From contig WVXO01000064.1 in assembly GCA_011773465.1 (NCBI GenBank), positions 57,929 to 121,928 on the forward strand: DNA of 64,000 nucleotides, given 5' to 3'. Source of the stretch: Candidatus Aminicenantes bacterium (GTDB lineage: Bacteria; Acidobacteriota; Aminicenantia; Aminicenantales; Aminicenantaceae). Under the pieces are notes generated by a model. It saw only the letters and a list, made by a program, of their open reading frames with translations. It made no database searches and was not told the DNA's origin. Below are positions 56,838-64,000 of the stretch, piece after piece. Each line of letters opens with the position of its first letter. The first letter of the stretch is position 1. The position numbers and the translations under genes were made by a program.

Positions 56838-57683
56838 CTATTTTTTCCATTCTAAATAGGCCCTTTTCAGCGTGTCACCTCTGACTCCCTGTCTTAGAGC
56901 CTCCAGAGCTAAAACCTCTTCTGGAGGGATATTGCCAAGGTTTACGTTAATCCCCAGGCGAAGGATTAAAGCTTGCTGCTGATTTTTCAAGGGAGCCTCC
57001 CACATTAAACAGTTCGTGTCTTTGACTCCAGCAATGATGTGATCGACTTCTTCGTGCTTGATCTCTCCTTCTTTGTCAAATATTCCTACGGACTTCCCGG
57101 CCTCTCTGGCTTCGATAATAACCTTAAAAGCTCCATTTTCCATATCTTCTCCTATCAACTGGTGAACAAGAGAAATAGGAAGAACTTCTTTTGGATCTTT
57201 TTTTCCTACTTCAGTAATGACTTTGAAGCCCTTATCCAAAGATTTTTTAATGGCATCCTGTCTGGTTTCTTTATCTATCTCGATCGTTCCATCAGAGACT
57301 TCAATCGCAGAAAATCCAAGCGTCTTGGCTAATTCTAAATATTCGTCAAAGACATCTTGCCAGATAGCTATCTCCAGAAAGGTGCCTCCGGGCATGACTT
57401 CTATATCGGAAGAAGTGATCATCTCATTCTTTTTGTTCAAAAGGTCCTTATCATAGAAGGCCGAAGTCCCAAAGGTCAGTTTGATGATATCGATGTAGTC
57501 GCCCTCAACCTGAATCAAATCTTCGAGGCGATGAAGGCCCATTCCTTTATCAATAACCATGGTTACGCCCGTCTCTCTGGGTTTGGATGTTCTCCCTTCA
57601 ACGGGCATCTTGATAATATCTCCCCAAGCTTTGCTCATCTTTATCTCCTTTTTGGTTTTTTCAGGGTCAGACTTTGTCATCAT
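56838..57683 (-). CDS. comA: (2R)-phospho-3-sulfolactate synthase (ComA) family protein.
   Basis: 'KPRETGVTMVIDKG', 'GDYIDIIKLTFGTS', 'ITEVGKK', 'IIEAREAGKSVGIFDK' and 'EAPLKNQQQALI...VNLGNI...LRQGVRGDT' are collinear with archaeal ComA. Confidence 0.75.
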   Translation of the reverse strand: MMTKSDPEKTKKEIKMSKAWGDIIKMPVEGRTSKPRETGVTMVIDKGMGLHRLEDLIQVEGDYIDIIKLTFGTSAFYDKDLLNKKNEMITSSDIEVMPGGTFLEIAIWQDVFDEYLELAKTLGFSAIEVSDGTIEIDKETRQDAIKKSLDKGFKVITEVGKKDPKEVLPISLVHQLIGEDMENGAFKVIIEAREAGKSVGIFDKEGEIKHEEVDHIIAGVKDTNCLMWEAPLKNQQQALILRLGINVNLGNIPPEEVLALEALRQGVRGDTLKRAYLEWKK

Positions 57684-57739
57684 ATTGAGAATTGGTCTGT
57701 ATTTTATTAGTGAACATCACCTCATGATAAAGTCTGACC

Positions 57740-58711
57740 CTATTTCAAAAGATCTCCCCAGCAATCATTTGGATTTGAGAGAACAGAAGCAATTTTAGTG
57801 ATTGTCTTGTGATGGATAAGCTGGCTTACATATTTTAACCTTGCCAGAGCCATTTCTTTCTTGTCGAATCCCAAAACTGGTATTTTATCGTAGAGAATCA
57901 CGTTCTCGGCTATTTTCTGGGAAATATTGTCAAACAAGGCTTTTGCGGCTTTTCTCGTATCGTCTATGAGATTCAGAAGAAAACCTTTTCGCCCTTCTTC
58001 AATCCGAGGAAACAATATTACGACAGACTTGGGAGTTTTGAGTTCTTCAAGGTCAGTTTTGTAGGGGGAGAGATCAAGGGCGATCTTTTTCTGCCATTCT
58101 TCACCAGCTTCTTGAGTTTCAATTTTTGGTAAGAACTGAGGAAAATCATGCATCAAGGTACCTAATCGCACGTTATCAACGAGCGAACCCATAAACCATG
58201 ATACGAGATCATTTTCAATTCGGAAGTGGAGGGTTTCTGTTGAAAAGAGTTTGAGCCCTTTGGCCAGGCCACTAAGGAGATAGACGGTTTTTCCGCTTCC
58301 AGCTCCTCCTATAACAACAAACATTTGATCTTTCTTTTCTTGGTAGAGCGCGCAGGCGTGAAAATTATAAATCCCGTGCTTTCTCTCCAGTAAATAAAGA
58401 GCATATCTATAAAGGAATCCCTGGTTTCCCCACAAACTAAACCGTAAGTCCGAAGCTTCTCGAGTGAGCTTAAGAAAAGGCCCCTTGAATCTGGCTTTTC
58501 CTCTTGAAAATTCGAAAGAAGGCTCCTCCATAGATTCTTCAACCGAGATATATCCATCAAGGTCTGCTGAATATGGTATGCTCTCAACATCTTTAAAATC
58601 TGTAAGAAGCGACATGACTTCCGTCTGGAGTGGAAAGTGAAAAAGGAGCTCTTCTCTATTAGATTCGATCCCGATTTTTGCCTCTAGTATCTTTATCCCT
58701 GCCTTGTACAC
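57740..58711 (-). CDS. HprK-related P-loop kinase-like protein. GTG start.
   Basis: 'HACALYQEKKDQMFVVIGGAGSGKTVYLLSGLAKGLKLFSTETL' parallels the HPr kinase C-terminal domain 'HG.L....G.GvLi.G.SG.GKSE.ALEL...G..L.ADD'. Confidence 0.4.
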   Translation of the reverse strand: MYKAGIKILEAKIGIESNREELLFHFPLQTEVMSLLTDFKDVESIPYSADLDGYISVEESMEEPSFEFSRGKARFKGPFLKLTREASDLRFSLWGNQGFLYRYALYLLERKHGIYNFHACALYQEKKDQMFVVIGGAGSGKTVYLLSGLAKGLKLFSTETLHFRIENDLVSWFMGSLVDNVRLGTLMHDFPQFLPKIETQEAGEEWQKKIALDLSPYKTDLEELKTPKSVVILFPRIEEGRKGFLLNLIDDTRKAAKALFDNISQKIAENVILYDKIPVLGFDKKEMALARLKYVSQLIHHKTITKIASVLSNPNDCWGDLLK

Positions 58712-58922
58712 AACTTTTTCCTTGTTTATCTTAGATAACTACATGATACAAAATAAAATTTAACTCTACAATAATTTGATGCGACAGGAATGAAAATAGA
58801 GTGCTGGCTGTTGGGGAGAAAATAAGCAAAAGGGGAAAAGGAGGATTAGATCCTGCCCAGCCAGCCTAGCAGGGTCATTAAGTTTAGTCGAGAAAATAGA
58901 GAAAAAATGGAAAAAACAATTC

Positions 58923-59615
58923 TTATTTGATAGCGGTGTGAATGGCAGAAACACCCAGGAAAAGTGACCGATAAGTAACCCGAGCGAATCCCGCCTCACG
59001 TAGTATCGAGGAAAATTCCTCAGGAGGAAAAAAGCGCGGGATCGTGTAAGCAAGATATCTGTAAGCGGCTTTAGAGCCTGAGAGAAGAGACCCTAGTTGT
59101 TTTACAGTCAGTCTTATATAAAGATGAAAAAGCCTCTGGATAATTCTCATAGAAGGCTGACTAGTTTCAAGATTCACAAAATGTCCTTCAGGCTTGAGAA
59201 CACGATGAAACTCCTTTAGATGGGCAACCAGCTCTCGTTTGTTAGGATATATGTTTCGGGTGGCAAAAGAGATGGTCACCAGGTTGAATGTCATGTCAAC
59301 AAAAGGCAAACGCCCTGACTCAGCAAGAACAAAAGAGAAGTTTGGAATTTCTCTTTTCTCTAGGGCTCTATTTATCATCGGATGACAGAAATCGACAGAA
59401 ACAATCTTAACTTTTTCACCTGCCAGACGTGAAAGGTTAAGAGCCATTTCTCCAGTACCGCTGCACACATCCAGCCATAGAAAGCCTCTTGCTTTGACCG
59501 CTTCCCTAGCTGCTTTTCTCCGCCAAAGAATATCAAGCCCAAATGTCAGGATATGATTGACAAGCTCATAAGTTTTTGCAGCTTCAGAAAATATTTTTTG
59601 AATGCCTTTTCTCAT
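58923..59615 (-). CDS. ubiE: Class I SAM-dependent methyltransferase, UbiE/MenG/COQ5-like.
   Basis: 'IFSEAAKTYELVNHILTFGLDILWRR' and SAM motif I 'LDVCSGTGEMAL'. Confidence 0.7.
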   Translation of the reverse strand: MRKGIQKIFSEAAKTYELVNHILTFGLDILWRRKAAREAVKARGFLWLDVCSGTGEMALNLSRLAGEKVKIVSVDFCHPMINRALEKREIPNFSFVLAESGRLPFVDMTFNLVTISFATRNIYPNKRELVAHLKEFHRVLKPEGHFVNLETSQPSMRIIQRLFHLYIRLTVKQLGSLLSGSKAAYRYLAYTIPRFFPPEEFSSILREAGFARVTYRSLFLGVSAIHTAIK

Positions 59616-59680
59616 TCATTACTCTCTAAACTTACTTTAAGAATTCGGCCTAGAATATATCCACAGAAAATATAATTAAG

Positions 59681-59905
59681 TTGGGCTTGATAAATCAAGC
59701 CCCTAAATAAGACAAATCAAGCCGTTGCAAAGAATATTTCCTGTCTCTTTCTTTTTTCCCTGTTTTATAAACTAAAAGCCATAAATATTAATAACGTGGG
59801 TTTGATAAATCAAGCCCCTACATAAGAAAATTCAATCCATCCAATATAATTACGTGGATCTGATATATCAAGCTCCTGCATAAAACAAATCAGACCGCTA
59901 TGTAA
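59681..59905. repeat. Cluster of family A REP-like units.
   Basis: 'gggcttgataaatcaagccccta', 'gggtttgataaatcaagcccctacat' and a degenerate 'ggatctgatatatcaagctcctgcat'. Confidence 0.75.
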
Positions 59906-60019
59906 GAAAAATTTGATCCCTGCAATATTTGTAGACCGGCATGTTATTTTTTGTTAGAATACTTTGCTTGCTGAGACGGGGAAGATTATTATTAATATTT
60001 TTTTATTGAAAGGAGGAAC

Positions 60020-61651
60020 ATGAAAATCAAAAAAAATCGTTTACTAATTTGTTTGTTTACCGTCACTCTGCTTCTCGCAGCCACCTCCTCAGCCAGAGTT
60101 ACTCCTACCTATGCTATTGTTAATTGCAAGATTATTTCTGTTACTGGTTCACCCATCGAGAAAGGAACCATCATCATCAGGGATGGACTTATCGAATCCT
60201 TGGGACCCCAAGGAAAAATTTCAATTCCAGAAGATGCTGAGATAATCAAAGCTGAAGGCCAGTTCGCTTATCCAGGCTTGATTGATGCCCATACAAATTC
60301 CTTTCTCGAGCTTCCTAAAGAAGAGCCAAGAAGACCAGGAGCTGCGAGTACAGCGGCGGTTGACCCTCAGCAAAAGGAGAAAGCCCAGCATCCTGATTTA
60401 ATGGCTCTTAAGCTTTTAAAACCCAAAAAAACAGCTGTAGCAGACCTTCATAAAATCGGAATCACAACTGTCCTGGTTGCACCTGAAAGAGGAATCTATG
60501 CCGGCCAAAGCGTTCTTTTGAATGTTAATGGAGAAAATGCAGAACCGATGGTTATTAAAAGCCCTGTTGCTCTTCATGTGAATTTTACGACCGCACGCGG
60601 AACCTACCCTTCCAGTTTGATGGGAACAATGGCTTTTCTCAGACAGTCTTTTCTGGATACTGGACATTACTCCTCTCATAAGTCTCTATTTACAAAATCA
60701 CCTCGAGGCCTTAAACGACCTGAACATAATCCTTTTTTAGAAGCTCTTTCACCCTATGCAGTTAAAAAAAGTCCTATCTTTTTTAATTGTGCAAACTTGG
60801 AAGACATCAAGCGTGCCCTCGGACTTATCAAGGAATTCAAGCTCAACGGCTTTCTCACCGGAGCAAATGAAGCCTGGAGAGTGGCCGACCTACTCACCAA
60901 GCATGCTAAAGTTCCACTTCTTGTATCTCTCAATTTCAAGCCTCCAATGACAAGCATTTATGTCAATCAAGGTGAAGAACTAAAGAAAAAAGCAGAAGAA
61001 GAAATTTATCCTGCTAATGCTGCGAACCTCTATAAAAAGAGATTAACGTTTGCGTTTACCTCCCAGGGATTAAAAAAATCATCAGACATTCCAAAAAACG
61101 TCCAAAAAGCTATTAAGGCCGGCTTACCTAAGGAAGAAGCTCTCAAGGCCATGACCATTATCCCCGCCAAATTCTTGGGAGTGAGCAGCTTTCTGGGGAG
61201 CCTTGAACCGGGAAAAATCGCAAATATTATTCTTACTTCCGGTGAAATCTTCGATGAGAAGACGAAGGTGAAAAGAGTGTTTGTCGACGGTATATCTTTT
61301 GAAATTAAAGAGCCCCCTAAGGGAGAGCAGCCTGCAAAGGTGAATATCGCTGGAAAATGGAGCGTCACAGTCTCCAGTCCTATGGGGGAGATGGAATCGA
61401 CTATGGAACTCGAACAAGAAGGAAACGAAATCAGCGGAAGCATCTCATCGAGCATGGGTAAATGGGAAATAAGAGACGGAATTTTAAGCGGAAATGAACT
61501 CGCCTTAAGCATAACAGCTACAATAATGGGAGAAACGATGGATATGTCTTTCAGCGGGACAGCAGAAAGAGACTCTATAGAAGGAACAATTACTATCATG
61601 GAATGGAGTGCAGAGCTGAAAGCAACAAGAATCCCTGACAGGGAATATTAA
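60020..61651 (+). CDS. Secreted amidohydrolase-family protein (first of three tandem paralogs) with an extra C-terminal beta domain.
   Basis: Signal peptide. Metal motif 'AYPGLIDAHTNSF'. 'NCANLED' and overall TIM-barrel amidohydrolase pattern. Confidence 0.65.
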   Translation: MKIKKNRLLICLFTVTLLLAATSSARVTPTYAIVNCKIISVTGSPIEKGTIIIRDGLIESLGPQGKISIPEDAEIIKAEGQFAYPGLIDAHTNSFLELPKEEPRRPGAASTAAVDPQQKEKAQHPDLMALKLLKPKKTAVADLHKIGITTVLVAPERGIYAGQSVLLNVNGENAEPMVIKSPVALHVNFTTARGTYPSSLMGTMAFLRQSFLDTGHYSSHKSLFTKSPRGLKRPEHNPFLEALSPYAVKKSPIFFNCANLEDIKRALGLIKEFKLNGFLTGANEAWRVADLLTKHAKVPLLVSLNFKPPMTSIYVNQGEELKKKAEEEIYPANAANLYKKRLTFAFTSQGLKKSSDIPKNVQKAIKAGLPKEEALKAMTIIPAKFLGVSSFLGSLEPGKIANIILTSGEIFDEKTKVKRVFVDGISFEIKEPPKGEQPAKVNIAGKWSVTVSSPMGEMESTMELEQEGNEISGSISSSMGKWEIRDGILSGNELALSITATIMGETMDMSFSGTAERDSIEGTITIMEWSAELKATRIPDREY

Positions 61652-61662
61652 AGGAGAGAGCC

Positions 61663-62988
61663 ATGAAGAGAAATACCATCGGTTTTATCTTAGTTGTGAG
61701 TCTTGTGATTTTTTCAAGCTTTTCCTTCGGACAGGATCTCCTGATAAAGAACGGTACCATACTCACGGTTACCAAAGGGACAGTACCCAAAGGAGACATT
61801 CTCATAATCAAAGGCATAATAAAGCAGATCGGAGAGAACATCAAAGCACCTAGAGGAGTAAAAATCATAGATGCGTCAGGGAAATATGTTATCCCGGGTA
61901 TAATAGATTCACACACGCATATAGCCCTCACAGGAACAAATGAAAGCGCTGAAGCAATAACCGCTGAAGTCAAAATGCGGGATGTTCTCAATGCTGAAGA
62001 CCGTTCCATCTATACTGCGATATCAGGTGGAGTGACCATGGTCCATACCATGCATGGTAGCGGCAACCCGATAGGAGGCGAGAACATCGTCATCAAGACG
62101 AAATGGGGAAAGACCTCAGAAGAGATGATCGTTCACGATGCATACAGAACCTTAAAATTTGCCTTGGGTGAAAATCCCAAGAGATCTAATTCTCGTACCA
62201 TAGGAACGCCTCGCTATCCACAATCCCGCATGGGAGTGAATGCCATTATACGCCGTGAGTTTCTTAAGGCAAAGAACTATATGGAACAGTGGGACCGTTA
62301 CTTAAAAGCGAAAAAATCCAAAAAGTCTGCAAAGAATTTGATCGCACCTCGCAAAGACCTAAGGATGGAGCAGTTGGCAGATATGCTTCGTGGAAAAATG
62401 ATAGCCCGTTGCCACAGTTATAGAGCTGATGAAACCCTGGAATTCATTAAACTTTCTAAAGAATTTGGATTTAAGATAGCCTGTTTTGAGCATGTATCTG
62501 AAGCTTTCAAAATAGCCAAGGAACTCGCTGAGGAAAAAATCGGCATCTCCGTCTTTCTTGATAACTGGGCCTATAAGGTCGAAGCTTCTGAAGGGATTGC
62601 CTACAGTGCTTCCTACTGCACAAAAAAAGGAGTCCTTGTTTCCCTAAATTCTGACAGCGGGGAGAGAATCCGGCGGTTATTCAATGATGCAGCTAAAGCC
62701 ATGAAATACGGACGGCTCTCTGAGGAGGAAGCCCTGAAGCTCGTCACCATCAACCCAGCCATCCAGCTTGGTGTGGAAAAGATTGCAGGAAGCCTGGAAG
62801 TCGGCAAGCATGGAGATATCGCCATCTTTAATGAACATCCTTTGATCGCCTATACCCACTGTGAAAAGACAATAATCGAGGGAGAAGTCTATTTTGATCG
62901 AACTCAGTATCTCAAAGAGAGAGAAGAGATGGAGAAAAGAAAGAAAGAAGAAGAGAAAAAGAAAGAGAAAAAGGGAGGGAAAAAATGA
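61663..62988 (+). CDS. Secreted amidohydrolase-family protein (second paralog) with a Lys/Glu-rich C-terminal tail.
   Basis: Signal peptide. 'VIPGIIDSHTHIALTG' (HxH) and 'GDIAIFNEHPL'. The tail is 'KRKKEEEKKKEKKGGKK'. Confidence 0.7.
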   Translation: MKRNTIGFILVVSLVIFSSFSFGQDLLIKNGTILTVTKGTVPKGDILIIKGIIKQIGENIKAPRGVKIIDASGKYVIPGIIDSHTHIALTGTNESAEAITAEVKMRDVLNAEDRSIYTAISGGVTMVHTMHGSGNPIGGENIVIKTKWGKTSEEMIVHDAYRTLKFALGENPKRSNSRTIGTPRYPQSRMGVNAIIRREFLKAKNYMEQWDRYLKAKKSKKSAKNLIAPRKDLRMEQLADMLRGKMIARCHSYRADETLEFIKLSKEFGFKIACFEHVSEAFKIAKELAEEKIGISVFLDNWAYKVEASEGIAYSASYCTKKGVLVSLNSDSGERIRRLFNDAAKAMKYGRLSEEEALKLVTINPAIQLGVEKIAGSLEVGKHGDIAIFNEHPLIAYTHCEKTIIEGEVYFDRTQYLKEREEMEKRKKEEEKKKEKKGGKK

Positions 62989-64000
62989 CCAAGAGAACCT
63001 TCGTCTTTGCTGTAATTCTCATTATCTGTGCTTCTTTCTGCTTATCTCAAGAAAAAAGCCCGAGCGTTATTGCTATAAGAGGGGCGAATATCATCCCTGT
63101 TGTGGGTGAGGATATAACTGAAGGGACGATTCTTATAAAGGCTGGATTAATCGAAGCTGTCGGAAAGAACATTGATATCCCTGAGGGTGCAAAAATCATA
63201 AAAGCAGAAGGCCTTTTTGCCTATCCAGGCATGATCGACAGCTCATGTTATCTGGGCCTACAAGAGATAGGTTCTATAAGGGCAACTGTCGATTACAGAG
63301 AAACAGGCAGATTTAACCCCCAGGCTAAGACAGTGGAAGCTCTGCGACCTGACTCCATGCATATTCCTATCGCAAGGTCAAACGGGATAACAACGGCACT
63401 TGCAGCTCCTTCAGGCGGGCTAATTTCAGGTCAGAGTGGTTTGATCAGGCTGGTCGGCTGGACTCCTGAAGAGATGATAATTAAAAGTTCAGTCGCCATG
63501 CATATCCAATTTCCTTCCTTACCTCGGTTAAGGAGGAGAAGAGAAACGCAACCTCGGGAAGAGGCTTCTAAACAGATTCAAGAATTGAAGGAAATCCTGA
63601 AACAGGCTCGCTATTATCAGAAAAGAAAAGACGTAGCCAAGAAAAACTTGGGACTGCGTTTGCCTGAGTTTGATGAAAAATTAGAATTTCTTCTTCCTGT
63701 GGTTAACGGCGAACTTCCTGTCATGATTTCTGTTCACGCTGAGAAAGATATTAAAGCAGCTATCAAATTCGTCAAGGAAGAAAAGCTTAAGGCAATATTC
63801 TATGGCGTCACTGAAGGATGGAAGGTCGCTGAGGATATAAAAAAATCAGGAATTCCGGTTGTTTTCAGCTCTCTTAATTCAGTGCCTCCCAAATGGGAAG
63901 ACGGCTATGATGCATTCTACAGGAATCCTGGTGTCCTGGCAAAAGCTGGCGTCAAATTTGCTTTTTCCTCAGGAAGCGCAAGCCTAGCCAAGGATTTGCC
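62985..64000 (+). CDS. Secreted amidohydrolase-family protein (third paralog), 3'-truncated by the window edge.
   Basis: ATGA overlap with the previous stop. Signal 'FVFAVILIICASFC'. 'AYPGMIDSSCYLGL' aligns with the metal site of the two upstream paralogs. Confidence 0.6.
   Translation, partial: MTKRTFVFAVILIICASFCLSQEKSPSVIAIRGANIIPVVGEDITEGTILIKAGLIEAVGKNIDIPEGAKIIKAEGLFAYPGMIDSSCYLGLQEIGSIRATVDYRETGRFNPQAKTVEALRPDSMHIPIARSNGITTALAAPSGGLISGQSGLIRLVGWTPEEMIIKSSVAMHIQFPSLPRLRRRRETQPREEASKQIQELKEILKQARYYQKRKDVAKKNLGLRLPEFDEKLEFLLPVVNGELPVMISVHAEKDIKAAIKFVKEEKLKAIFYGVTEGWKVAEDIKKSGIPVVFSSLNSVPPKWEDGYDAFYRNPGVLAKAGVKFAFSSGSASLAKDL

Noticed and set aside
1-64000. tRNA, rRNA and tmRNA genes.
   Set aside because: Scanning intergenic regions by eye found no GGTTCGAAT-type T-loop or acceptor-stem pattern outside coding sequence. 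The only GGTTCGATC string (about 4481) is inside the GGDEF CDS. A tRNAscan-SE run would be the definitive check.

Overview
This 64 kb window is chromosomal DNA from a roughly 42% GC bacterium. Its gene content points to Acidobacteria or a related candidate phylum: VWFA-related acidobacterial-domain protein, PEGA domains, many secreted amidohydrolases, NHL/collagen-like lipoproteins, abundant Tat and lipoprotein signals. I support about 49 protein-coding genes, partial at both window edges, and found no rRNA, tRNA, CRISPR array, phage or transposase genes. Gene highlights, 5' to 3': an RND efflux pump C-terminus; amidohydrolases; a degenerate GGDEF membrane protein; an RraA-like aldolase; an APC amino-acid permease; and ApbE. 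A glycoside 3-oxidation-type locus follows (DoxX, Tat-exported Gfo/Idh/MocA dehydrogenase, NupG-like MFS, second Gfo/Idh/MocA, TIM-barrel isomerase fused to a DUF1080 3-keto-glycoside hydrolase). Next come LMW-PTP ArsC; lactate permease; a zinc-ribbon Ser/Thr kinase with PEGA domains plus a PEGA/Kre9-like neighbour; patatin and GDPD lipid enzymes; an AcsE-like pterin methyltransferase; NifS; and a DUF1015 / PGDH / class-V aminotransferase serine-type cluster. The remainder holds an M20 peptidase; DUF362-ferredoxin; a membrane-anchored RdhA/QueG-like Fe-S protein; a beta-propeller transglutaminase; a ComA / HprK-like kinase / UbiE methyltransferase cluster; and three tandem secreted amidohydrolases. 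The locus I consider most novel is a Tat-signal cluster of two class-V-fold PLP enzymes and a PflX-type radical-SAM homolog. That homolog carries a Tat-like signal and has lost two of the three cysteines of the CxxxCxxC cluster motif. Non-coding structure is rich. A REP-like family (GTAG plus a GC-clamped palindrome GGGCTTGAT-N-ATCAAGCCC, with compensatory arm mutations) sits in at least 7 intergenic sites, including a 17-bp half-site tandem array, and clusters of it bracket nifS. A second ~150-bp element occurs twice upstream of unrelated genes, one copy carrying nested GGGGCC-hairpin palindromes. Several canonical sigma70-like promoters are readable. All calls rest on reading the sequence and ORF translations by eye; no database searches were run.
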